A DNA stretch of 40,400 nt, from assembly GCA_020718645.1 (NCBI GenBank), contig DYRQ01000003.1:18090-58489 (forward strand), given 5' to 3'. This document shows, piece after piece, positions 32,466 to 40,400 of this stretch; positions within the stretch are counted from its first letter, which is position 1; every line of letters starts with the position of its first letter. The translations under genes and the position numbers were made by a program. The notes beneath the pieces are model-generated. The model searched no databases and had not been told where the DNA came from. It was given only the letters and a program-made list of their open reading frames with translations. The DNA is from Verrucomicrobium spinosum (GTDB lineage: Bacteria; Verrucomicrobiota; Verrucomicrobiia; JADLBR01; JAIBCM01).

Positions 32466-33115
32466 AAATACAGATTATGATCGTGGACGACCATCCAGTC
32501 GTCCGTAAGGGGATAACCGAAATGCTCGGCCTCTGGGATGACTTCGAAGTCATCCGCGAGGCAGGCTCGATCTTGGAGGCCACCCGTGCCCTCGACTCAG
32601 GTGTGAACCCCTCTGTCATCATGCTCGACTTAAACTTGCGCAATGGTAGCGGACTCGAGTGGATCAAAAACCGAGCCGCTCTCGGACGCCTCCCCACCGT
32701 CTTGGTGATGTCCGTCAACGACGAAGAGGTCTATGCCGAACGCTGCCTCAGAGCAGGTGCCCGTGGCTATATCATGAAAGACGCTCCCGCGGAGGATATC
32801 GCCACCGCCATCCGGAAAGTCCACTCCGGTGAGATCGCCGTCTCCTCAGGCATCGCCTCCAAACTCATCGCCTACCAGCACCCGCCCACCCGCAACAACG
32901 AACCTCTCAACCGCTCCCTCTCCCTCCTCAGCGACCGCGAGATGGAAATCTACCAGCAACTCGGCACCGGAAAAAATACCAAGGAAATTGCTGACCTCCT
33001 CCACATCAGCCCAAAGACCGTGGAGACGCACCGGATCCACATCATTGATAAACTCAACCTGACTGGCGCAGTAGAGCTGGTTCGCCATGCCACAGCTTGG
33101 CAAGAAAGCCAATAA
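32462..33115 (+). CDS. NarL/LuxR-family response regulator
   Basis: 'IVDDHPVVRKG', 'MLDLNL', HTH 'LSDREMEI...KEIADLLHISPKTVETHR'; ATGA overlap. Confidence 0.96.
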   Translation: MKIQIMIVDDHPVVRKGITEMLGLWDDFEVIREAGSILEATRALDSGVNPSVIMLDLNLRNGSGLEWIKNRAALGRLPTVLVMSVNDEEVYAERCLRAGARGYIMKDAPAEDIATAIRKVHSGEIAVSSGIASKLIAYQHPPTRNNEPLNRSLSLLSDREMEIYQQLGTGKNTKEIADLLHISPKTVETHRIHIIDKLNLTGAVELVRHATAWQESQ

Positions 33116-33135
33116 TTTCCCAGTCTGCCCCCCGC

Positions 33136-34170
33136 ATGAAGCTCGACGACCTTTCCCAATGGCCACCCCGCAGGCGGATGCGCCGCTCCCGCTCCGGCCC
33201 TTCGATCCGCTCGGTATTGCAGGAGACACACCTCTCTGCCTCCGACCTGATCGCTCCGCTTTTCGTCAAGGAATCCGCCACTACCCCCGAGCCGATAGCC
33301 TCCATGCCCGGGGTCTTCCGCCTCGGCATCCGCTCTGTGGTGGATGAGTGCCGCACCCTCCACACTCTAGGCGTGCGCGGCGTCGCCCTTTTTCCCTGCA
33401 CAGATCCCTCCCTGAAAAACCCCAAAGGTAGCGGCGCCCTCGACCCGCAAGGCCTCATCCCGCGCACGCTGGCCGAGATTAAATCATCCGTGCCAGGCCT
33501 CCTGGTTTTTTGCGATGTCGCCCTCGACCCCTACACCGACCACGGCCACGACGGCGTGCTCGATGCCAGTGGCACCGTGGACAATGACGCCACCGTCGAG
33601 ATCCTCTGCCACATGTCCCTCTGTCTGGCACAGGCAGGGGCAAATTTCGTAGCGCCCTCCGACATGATGGACGGCAGAGTCGGCGCCATCCGAGACACCC
33701 TCGACCACTCGGGCCACCACAGCACAGGCATCCTCGCCTATGCCGCCAAGTTCGCCTCTGCTTACTACGGACCCTTCCGAGATGCCGTAGGCAGCGCCCG
33801 CCCCTCCTCCGAAGGCTACCTCGACAAGCGCGGCTACCAACTCAATCCAGCCAACCCAAGAGAAGCCCTGCTCGATGCCCTGCTCGACGAGGAAGAAGGA
33901 GCCGACATCCTCATGGTCAAACCCGCCGGCCCCTACCTCGACATCCTCACCCGATTGCGGGAGCATACCCTCCTGCCCTTGGCCGCCTACCAAGTGTCGG
34001 GGGAATACTCCATGATCCATGCCGCCGCCGAACGCGGCTGGACGGATCTCCCCCGCACCAGACTCGAATCGTTACTGGCTATCAAACGCGCCGGCGCCGA
34101 TATCATCCTCAGCTACTTTACAAAAACTGTTGCCGAGGAGTTGTCCCGCCCAAGTTTTAGCATAGACTGA
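33136..34170 (+). CDS. hemB: Porphobilinogen synthase (ALA dehydratase)
   Basis: 'DVALDPYTDHGHDG', 'APSDMMDGRV', 'KFASAYYGPFRDA', 'MVKPA', 'AYQVSGEYSMI'; ATG at 33136. Confidence 0.97.
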   Translation: MKLDDLSQWPPRRRMRRSRSGPSIRSVLQETHLSASDLIAPLFVKESATTPEPIASMPGVFRLGIRSVVDECRTLHTLGVRGVALFPCTDPSLKNPKGSGALDPQGLIPRTLAEIKSSVPGLLVFCDVALDPYTDHGHDGVLDASGTVDNDATVEILCHMSLCLAQAGANFVAPSDMMDGRVGAIRDTLDHSGHHSTGILAYAAKFASAYYGPFRDAVGSARPSSEGYLDKRGYQLNPANPREALLDALLDEEEGADILMVKPAGPYLDILTRLREHTLLPLAAYQVSGEYSMIHAAAERGWTDLPRTRLESLLAIKRAGADIILSYFTKTVAEELSRPSFSID

Positions 34171-34267
34171 ACGCCGTGCTTGGTTTAGATCATCCACGCC
34201 CCAAGCAGAGCTGGAGGGCACCGTGCAGGCTCGTATCCACGAGCCCCAGCATACACGTGTTTTAGCG

Positions 34268-35689
34268 ATGGACCTACTGCTTTTTCTGTTTGCTGTTGCG
34301 ATCGTGCTCTTGGCCTGGAAACTGCGCCAGATGCTCGCCGCTGCCGCGTGCGCCCGCCGCGAGGCTCAGACACTACGCGAGGAAAAGACCGCTATCTACC
34401 GCCTGCTCCACGACCTCGGCGAAGCCTTCACCCGTTCCCCTGACATAGCCGCGCTCATGGGCATCGTAGCCCGTTCTTCCATGGAGATCACCCGCGCTCA
34501 AGGCGCTGCTGTCCTCGAGCTAAAACCCGGACAAAAACAGGCACTCATCCTCGCCACCTCCGGACGATTCCCCCCGCTCTCCCCCATGTCCCGCGAGGTT
34601 TTAGCCAAACTGGCCGACCACCCAGAATTTCTGGACGCCCAACTCCGCGCCACTCCACTCTCTTCCGACACCGACCTCATCGTCACTGTCCTCGACAGCG
34701 GCGCACTCTACCTGCCAGACGCCACGCGAAGCCGGCTGCTCCCCGTATTGGAGCACCCCCTCATCCGCTGGATTTCCTGCCTCGCAGTGCCCCTGCGCTA
34801 CCGCGGGGAAAACTACGGCGTGCTCATGGTGGCCAACTCCACGGACATCACCTCGTTTTCACAGGCCGACCTCGACACCTTGCACTCCATAGGCACCCAA
34901 GCCACCTACGCCATGCACAACACCCGCGTTTACGGCGAACTCCTAGCCAAACGCGAACTCGATCACGAAATCGAAGTAGCCAAGGAGATCCAGCGCATCC
35001 TACTCCCAGACACCTGCCCTGAAATCGAGGGTTGGGACATCGAGGCCGTCAACCTCCCTGCCCGCGATGTCAGCGGAGACTACTACGATTTTATCCCCCT
35101 GCGCGACGGCAAACTCGGCATCGTCATCGCCGATGTCTCCGGCAAAGGCATTCCCGCCTCCCTAGTCATGACCATGTGCCGTGCCGCCCTGCGGTCGCAC
35201 GCCGAACGACTGGATTCACCAGCCGCCGTGCTCTGCGCCCTCAACCGCCAGCTCTACCCAGACATCCGCGAGGACATGTTCGTCACCCTCACCTACGCCG
35301 TGCTCGACCCCGCATCCAGACAAGTTTCCATGGCCCGGGCCGGCCACGAAGCCCCACTGTTTTATCGCGGTGGCAAAATCGAACTGATCCGCTCGCCGGG
35401 CATGGCCATTGGCATTGACAGCGGGGAGGTCTTCGATACTGTCATTGCCGAAACCTCCTTCCAGTTCGAGCTAGGAGACGCCTTCGTCCTCTATACCGAC
35501 GGTGTCACCGAAGCCCTGAACCCCGAAGGTAAGGAATTTGGCAGGGAATGCCTCATGGAGACTGTCCAGCGCTCGGCCCGCCACGGGGGCGAGTCTATTC
35601 TCCGAGAAATACTGGAGCAGCTTGACAGCTTCAGGAGCACCGCCGACAAATACGATGATATTACTTTGATTACAGCCTATGCACAGTGA
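34268..35689 (+). CDS. Membrane-anchored GAF + PP2C (SpoIIE/RsbU-like) phosphatase
   Basis: N-terminal TM, GAF, 'VSGDYYDF', 'IADVSGKG', 'LYTDGVTEA', 'DDITL'; ATG at 34268. Confidence 0.92.
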   Translation: MDLLLFLFAVAIVLLAWKLRQMLAAAACARREAQTLREEKTAIYRLLHDLGEAFTRSPDIAALMGIVARSSMEITRAQGAAVLELKPGQKQALILATSGRFPPLSPMSREVLAKLADHPEFLDAQLRATPLSSDTDLIVTVLDSGALYLPDATRSRLLPVLEHPLIRWISCLAVPLRYRGENYGVLMVANSTDITSFSQADLDTLHSIGTQATYAMHNTRVYGELLAKRELDHEIEVAKEIQRILLPDTCPEIEGWDIEAVNLPARDVSGDYYDFIPLRDGKLGIVIADVSGKGIPASLVMTMCRAALRSHAERLDSPAAVLCALNRQLYPDIREDMFVTLTYAVLDPASRQVSMARAGHEAPLFYRGGKIELIRSPGMAIGIDSGEVFDTVIAETSFQFELGDAFVLYTDGVTEALNPEGKEFGRECLMETVQRSARHGGESILREILEQLDSFRSTADKYDDITLITAYAQ

Positions 35690-36314
35690 GGATAAAAAAC
35701 AGGGTCACCACCACTCCGGTGGAGACATAAAAAACACACACGGCACCCGTGCCGACGCGCCCGCGCCCCAAGACAAAGCTCAGGCGCCTGCCGACAAAGC
35801 CACGCCCACCCCGCCCCGCCACGAGTTGAGCTTGATCGGCACCTCCTACTTGGAAAAAATCGAAACCCTAGCCGGCCAAGCCGTCCAGCTCCAAGAACGC
35901 CTCATTCGCTGCTCTGCCGACCTCGACAACTACCGCAAACGCGCCGCCCGCGAAAAAGAAGAAGCCGTCAAATATGCCGGCGAAGGATTCCTCGAATCCC
36001 TCCTCCCCGCCATTGACAGCTTCGAGCTGGGCATCCAATCGGCAGCCACCACCACCGACGCTGCCGCTATCGCCCTCGGCATGAAGATGGCCATGACCCA
36101 GCTTTTCCAGATACTCGAACAACACGGCATTTCTGCTATAGACGCCAAAGGCCAAAAATTCGACCCGAACCTCCACGATGCAGTCAGCCACGCCGAGGTC
36201 CCCGACACCGAAGAAGGAACCGTCGTCCAGCAGATCCGCAAAGGCTACAAAATCAAAGGCCGCCTGCTACGCCCCGCCAGCGTCGTGGTCGCCAAAGGCA
36301 AATCCGTTTCGTAA
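35679..36314 (+). CDS. grpE: Nucleotide exchange factor GrpE
   Basis: 'ADLDNYRKR', 'LLPAIDSFE', 'FDPNLHDAV', 'KGYKIKGRLLRPASVVV'. Confidence 0.96.
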   Translation: MHSEDKKQGHHHSGGDIKNTHGTRADAPAPQDKAQAPADKATPTPPRHELSLIGTSYLEKIETLAGQAVQLQERLIRCSADLDNYRKRAAREKEEAVKYAGEGFLESLLPAIDSFELGIQSAATTTDAAAIALGMKMAMTQLFQILEQHGISAIDAKGQKFDPNLHDAVSHAEVPDTEEGTVVQQIRKGYKIKGRLLRPASVVVAKGKSVS

Positions 36315-36341
36315 TCCCCCTCTCCCCCCTCCAATAACGCC

Positions 36342-37505
36342 ATGTCCACCAAACGCGACTATTACGAAGTGCTCGGGGTTCCCAAGACCGCGACAGACGA
36401 CGACATCAAAAAAGCCTACCGCAAGATGGCTGTCAAATTCCACCCGGACAAAAACCCCGGCGACAAGTCTGCCGAGGAGAAATTCAAAGAACTCGGCGAA
36501 GCCTACGAAGTCCTCGGCAACCGCGATAAACGCGCCGCCTACGACCGCTACGGCCACGCCGCTTTCGCCCACGGCGGCCCAGCCGGAAACCCCGGCGCAG
36601 CAGCCTACGGAGCCGCAGGCATGGACCCCTTCGAAATCTTCCGCGAAGTCTTCGGCGGCGGGCAGGGCGGCGGCATCTTCGACGACTTTTTCTCAGGCTC
36701 CACAGGCACCCGCCGCGGCGGTGCCCGACGCGGCGCCGACCTGCGCTACGACCTCGAGCTGAGCTTCGAGGAAGCCGTCTTCGGGTGCAGCAAAGAAATC
36801 AAGCTCCGCAAGCTCAGCGAATGCGAACACTGCACCGGCAGCGGCGCAGCAGTAGGCGCCAAAACTACCCCGTGCCCCACCTGCCGGGGCACAGGCCAAG
36901 TGCGCGCCTCCGTCGGCGGGTTCATCTCCATGATGCAGACCTGCCCGAAGTGTCAAGGCGCAGGCACCGTCATTGACAAGCCCTGCCCCAAATGCGAGGG
37001 CTCAGGCCGCATGGAAAAAACTTCAAGCGTCACTCTCCGCATCCCAGCCGGCGTAGAAAATGGCACCCGCCTCCGCTCCACGGGTAACGGCGAGGCCGGT
37101 TCCAAGGGCGGCGAACCCGGCGACCTCTATGTCGTCCTCCATGTCCAAGACCACGCCATCTTCCAGCGCGAAGGCCAGGATCTCTGGTGCGAAGTGCCCA
37201 TCCCCTTCCCCACCGCCGCTCTCGGTGGCGAGGTCAAAGTCCCAACCCTTGAAGGCGCCTCCCTCATCAAAATCCCCGCCGGCACACCAGGCGGAAAAAT
37301 CTTCAGACTCAAAGGCAAAGGCGTCCCCAGCCTCAAAGGCAAGCTCGTCGGCGACCTCAATGTCCGCGTTTACATCGAAGTCCCCACCCGCCTCTCAGGC
37401 GAGGAACGCAAAAAACTCGAAGAGTTCGCCCGCGTCAGCCTCTCAGATAATTACCCCGAACAGCGTTCATTCTTGGAAAAAGCCAAGTCCTTCTTCAACC
37501 GATAA
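36342..37505 (+). CDS. dnaJ: Chaperone DnaJ (class A)
   Basis: J-domain HPD, G/F region, four CxxCxGxG repeats. Confidence 0.98.
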   Translation: MSTKRDYYEVLGVPKTATDDDIKKAYRKMAVKFHPDKNPGDKSAEEKFKELGEAYEVLGNRDKRAAYDRYGHAAFAHGGPAGNPGAAAYGAAGMDPFEIFREVFGGGQGGGIFDDFFSGSTGTRRGGARRGADLRYDLELSFEEAVFGCSKEIKLRKLSECEHCTGSGAAVGAKTTPCPTCRGTGQVRASVGGFISMMQTCPKCQGAGTVIDKPCPKCEGSGRMEKTSSVTLRIPAGVENGTRLRSTGNGEAGSKGGEPGDLYVVLHVQDHAIFQREGQDLWCEVPIPFPTAALGGEVKVPTLEGASLIKIPAGTPGGKIFRLKGKGVPSLKGKLVGDLNVRVYIEVPTRLSGEERKKLEEFARVSLSDNYPEQRSFLEKAKSFFNR

Positions 37506-37526
37506 CCCAACTACCTCTACACCGCT

Positions 37527-38267
37527 ATGGCCATTGACCGTTTCTATCTCGAAAACCTCGACACCGACACCCTCTCCGGCGACGAAGCCCGCCACTGCAT
37601 CCAAGTCCTCCGCCACGGCGCAGGCGACAAAATAGTCCTGTTCGACGGACACGGCAAAGAAGTCATGGCCGAGATCATCACCCCCTCTCGCGACTCCCTT
37701 TCTTTCAAGAAAATCAACGAGGCCAAAACCGCACAACCCGACTTCCGCCTCGTCTTAGCCCAAGCCGTGCCCAAGGGCAAAAACATGGATCTCATCATCC
37801 AGAAAGCCACCGAACTCGGCGTGGCTGAGATTCACCCCGTCCTCTCCTCACGCACCGTCGTGCAGGTGGACGATGAACGCGCTGACGCCAAAACCGACAA
37901 ATGGCGCCAGACCGTCGTGGAGGCCTGCAAACAATGCGGCCAGAACTGGCTGCCCACCCTCCATACGCCCAAGAGCGCGGACGACTTCCTAGCCGCCCCA
38001 CCCAAAAGTGATCTCCTCCTCGTCGGCTCCCTCCAGCCCGGCGCCCGCAGCATCAAACAAGCCTTCTCTGACTTCGAATCTGAGAAAGGCCGCCGTCCCC
38101 AGAGCATCACCATGCTGATCGGACCCGAAGGCGACTTCACCCCAGCCGAACTCAGCCGCGCCAACAGCGCAGGCTTCCAGCCCGTCACTCTCGGGCGCAT
38201 CATCCTCCGCTGCGAGACCGCTGCCATCTACTGCATGAGCGTCCTCTCCCACGAATTGCAAGGGTGA
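37527..38267 (+). CDS. rsmE: 16S rRNA m3U1498 methyltransferase
   Basis: 'HCIQVLR', 'IIQKATELGV', 'EACKQC', 'IGPEGDF', 'LGRIILRCETA'; typical position after dnaJ. Confidence 0.96.
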   Translation: MAIDRFYLENLDTDTLSGDEARHCIQVLRHGAGDKIVLFDGHGKEVMAEIITPSRDSLSFKKINEAKTAQPDFRLVLAQAVPKGKNMDLIIQKATELGVAEIHPVLSSRTVVQVDDERADAKTDKWRQTVVEACKQCGQNWLPTLHTPKSADDFLAAPPKSDLLLVGSLQPGARSIKQAFSDFESEKGRRPQSITMLIGPEGDFTPAELSRANSAGFQPVTLGRIILRCETAAIYCMSVLSHELQG

Positions 38268-38429
38268 CGCCGAAAAAACTCCCAGAAGCGGGGTTACGCC
38301 TCCACTGACTATCTGAAGAAGGTGTCACACCATCTGAAGACAACCCCATCTGACGGCCACTAGAATTCCTCCATCTCTCACCAGAGATAACCCTAAAAAC
38401 AGGAACAGCGTGAGAGGTCTGGGGCTACA

Positions 38430-38459
38430 AGGCGCAGGCTCGCCTGTTCACTCATAGGT
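38430..38459. repeat. Imperfect direct repeat, copy 1 (palindromic core)
   Basis: AGGCGCAGGCTCGCCTGTTCACTCATAGGT; matches 39034-39061. Confidence 0.65.
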
Positions 38460-38516
38460 AAGTTGGACACCTATCGAATAAGAACCACTTTGACACCACC
38501 CTCGGTTCGCAGCAGT

Positions 38517-38969
38517 TCATTGGGGATCTTGTGTCCAAAGTAATGCACCGGACGGGTTCCTGGTTGAGACACGACCATTGTAATCGAAAGTCTCCACCCG
38601 TTCCAATTGCCCACTAGGGCTTCGCACCTCGATGCGCTTGCCCACAGTGGTGCGGGTTTCGAGCAGCGCCCCGTTGGGCAGTCGCACCTCTGTGCGTCCA
38701 GGTGCCACAGTCTTTTCTGTCCTGAGCAGCATGCCGTTGGGGGCACGCACCTCGGTGCGCCCTGTTTGGTGAGTTCGCACCTCCTCGAGTTGGCCATTGG
38801 GTTTGCGGACTTCTGTGCGGCTCGGCGAGGTGTTGTAGGTCCGGGAAACCAGTGTTCCGTTGGGACTCCGCTTCTCATCGGTCTGGCCGTAACTGATAGT
38901 GGTAATCCAGAGCAAGGCGCTGAGCGCAGCAACCCCCAAGGTCCTTACGCCGTTTTTACAATTATGCAT
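38517..38969 (-). CDS. Secreted tandem beta-hairpin repeat protein
   Basis: Signal peptide followed by six 20-21 aa repeats with consensus R-T-E-V-R-x-P-[NS]-G-x-L; GGGAG upstream. Confidence 0.8.
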   Translation of the reverse strand: MHNCKNGVRTLGVAALSALLWITTISYGQTDEKRSPNGTLVSRTYNTSPSRTEVRKPNGQLEEVRTHQTGRTEVRAPNGMLLRTEKTVAPGRTEVRLPNGALLETRTTVGKRIEVRSPSGQLERVETFDYNGRVSTRNPSGALLWTQDPQ

Positions 38970-39033
38970 AAATCAATTATCTCCCTGATTTAGCCATAGC
39001 ACTTGAAGGAGATAGAGGCAAGGCACAGGTGCG

Positions 39034-39061
39034 AGGCGCAAGCTCGCCTGTTCTCATGGGT
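39034..39061. repeat. Imperfect direct repeat, copy 2 (palindromic core)
   Basis: AGGCGCAAGCTCGCCTGTTCTCATGGGT; 2 substitutions and a 2-nt indel relative to copy 1. Confidence 0.65.
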
Positions 39062-39137
39062 GCCGCTGTAGTAATCTACTGCAAACCCCGAGCAACCCAG
39101 CAGATGTGCCACATTGCGGGCTATTGTATAATCTGGG

Positions 39138-39647
39138 TTAAAGTTGTTGGACTGCGACGGCAACATCCCGCATCGGGATGAACATCCGCCCACCTAACGA
39201 TGGAAAATCCACGAATCCGTATTTTTTATAAAACTTTTTGGCGGTCTCATCTTTTGCATCCACAACAATCGCGGCTGATGCCACTTGCATCGAGTGGGCA
39301 AGAACCCGTTTCATGGCGTCTGCCAGCAAAAGTCCACCGGTGCCCGGATAATGCAAATCTCTGGCCAACCTGCCGATCAGCGTTGCGGGTATAAGCGGAT
39401 AGCGCGGGAGCTTTTTCTGTGTTGCTTCGGGCAAGGCGCACATTTCGACCGCAAAGGAGGAAAGTGTGTAAAAACCAGCGATTCTCGATGGTTCAGATAC
39501 AGGTGACATCACATAGACCGCCGCCACTTTGCGGCGCATGTCCTGCGATGCTTGACCGAGGAAATAATCGTCCAAGGCAGGATGGCCACACCGGAACGCA
39601 GCCCTGTCGTGGGTGCCAGCCAGAGGAACCGTGATAAATTCGGTCAT
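39138..39647 (-). CDS. GNAT acetyltransferase toxin (TacT/AtaT-like)
   Basis: 'HDRAAFRCG..ALDDYF', 'IAGFYTLS', 'LPRYP.IPATLIGRLA', 'VVDAKDE.A.KFY..YGF'; ATGA overlap with the antitoxin. Confidence 0.92.
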   Translation of the reverse strand: MTEFITVPLAGTHDRAAFRCGHPALDDYFLGQASQDMRRKVAAVYVMSPVSEPSRIAGFYTLSSFAVEMCALPEATQKKLPRYPLIPATLIGRLARDLHYPGTGGLLLADAMKRVLAHSMQVASAAIVVDAKDETAKKFYKKYGFVDFPSLGGRMFIPMRDVAVAVQQL

Positions 39648-39925
39648 CCCACGCCAACGGTCTTCTTGTGTCTGGCTAGAGCTTTTTTGAGTGCAGAGGA
39701 CGGCTTGCGCCCAGAAATCAAGGCTGCTGCAAAAGCCTCACTGTCTTTCAAGGACAGACTCATGATCCCATGTTCGCGGATTGTATCGGTGGCGGTTTTT
39801 TCGAGGCTTTCTACCACAAAGTCTGTGATGGTGCGCCCCTGTAGGCTAGCGGCTTTGGCGATGGCGCGCTTGAGTGTGTCCGGGATGCGTGCATCCAAAC
39901 GCGCAGTTTTCATCATAGTTGCCAT
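39644..39925 (-). CDS. DUF1778 RHH antitoxin (TacA/AtaR-like)
   Basis: 'KTARLDARI...K..I.KAASLQGRTITDFVV', 'LSLKDSEAFAAAL...P...LKKA'. Confidence 0.92.
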   Translation of the reverse strand: MATMMKTARLDARIPDTLKRAIAKAASLQGRTITDFVVESLEKTATDTIREHGIMSLSLKDSEAFAAALISGRKPSSALKKALARHKKTVGVG

Positions 39926-39932
39926 ATTTCTA

Positions 39933-39960
39933 AGAATACGGCGGATTGCCGTATAGTCAA
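39933..39960 (-). promoter_or_regulatory. TA operon promoter with operator inverted repeat
   Basis: TTGACT-16 nt-TATTCT, 7 nt before the ATG; perfect IR ATACGGC-N5-GCCGTAT (39936-39954) overlaps the spacer and -10. Confidence 0.75.
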
Positions 39961-40040
39961 TAATTCTCGAGCAACATCACCGTCGTCGTGCTCCTGTCCC
40001 ATTCGGTGATGATGTAGAAGAAGAAACACCGCTGGATAAC
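39957..40040 (-). pseudogene. C-terminal remnant of a small plasmid/ICE-associated protein
   Basis: 'FYIITEWDRSTTTVMLLENY*' resembles the recalled 'IITE.DRS.TT.LLP.EY' terminus; the upstream in-frame sequence looks non-coding. Confidence 0.55.
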
Positions 40041-40400
40041 CGGGCAACCTCGGCTGCATCCTAGGCTGTTTATAGGGAGACACCTCTGATTGGTGACTCG
40101 GGGTAGGCAGTAGTTCACCACACAACGGCACCTATAAGAACAGGCAACATTGAGATAACATAGCTCTTCCACCATTCCACGATGTTATCGAATGCTGCAT
40201 GGAGGATGGCGCAACATCTCACGCCACCGAGCCTCCGAGGCCGTATAGAAGTCAAGCTCGTTTCTATAAGTCATTGCATGTTTTTTTCTTGCAAACAAGT
40301 AACATATCCCCTATATTAGATGACCATGCGCAAGGTAAGTTTAGACTCTAGTGCATCGTAACCTTGATATTGGATACACAATGGTTTATATTGGATGAGT

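Noticed and set aside
34147-34173. CIRCE-like TTAGCATAG...GTGCTT upstream of the rsbU-grpE-dnaJ genes
   Set aside because: Spacing is one base short and both arms deviate from TTAGCACTC-N9-GAGTGCTAA; it also overlaps the hemB end.
38471-38993. Alternative ORFs 38471-38932 (-) and 38607-38993 (+)
   Set aside because: They overlap the repeat protein, which has the signal peptide and coherent repeats.
39090-39145. Possible integron attC after the toxin stop (TAAC...GTT)
   Set aside because: The R'' and R' boxes match only at AAC/GTT, there is no unpaired spacer or L-box pattern, and no intI is present; more likely a simple hairpin.

Overview
Bacterial chromosomal window, most likely Verrucomicrobiota (PVC). 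This assignment is inferred from the tRNA-Thr-tuf-tRNA-Trp-secE-nusG-rplKAJL-rpoBC order, the SecE 'CTWPWDP..K' signature and the PVC-type RpoB insertion. From left to right: a 5'-truncated polytopic GT-C-like membrane protein, exported MsrA, a glycosyltransferase-like protein, GlgE, Kup, and a five-gene secreted protein/ExbB/ExbD/TonB-like/Zn-ribbon operon. A 97-bp MITE-like element follows, then the core transcription/translation operon on the minus strand with several structured intergenic RNAs. Next are a four-gene signalling cluster (kinase-less periplasmic sensor, hybrid kinase with Hpt, NarX-like kinase, NarL-like regulator), hemB, an RsbU-like phosphatase and grpE-dnaJ-rsmE. An accessory end carries a secreted beta-hairpin repeat protein between direct repeats, a DUF1778/GNAT toxin-antitoxin pair and a plasmid-gene remnant. 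Best candidates for undescribed biology: (1) the output-less sensor whose coiled-coil tail may dock onto the neighbouring hybrid kinase; (2) the receptor-less ExbBD-TonB operon, in which the canonical ExbD Asp and TonB His both appear substituted; (3) a three-way-junction RNA between rplJ and rplL. All calls come from reading the sequence and recalled motifs; no searches were run.
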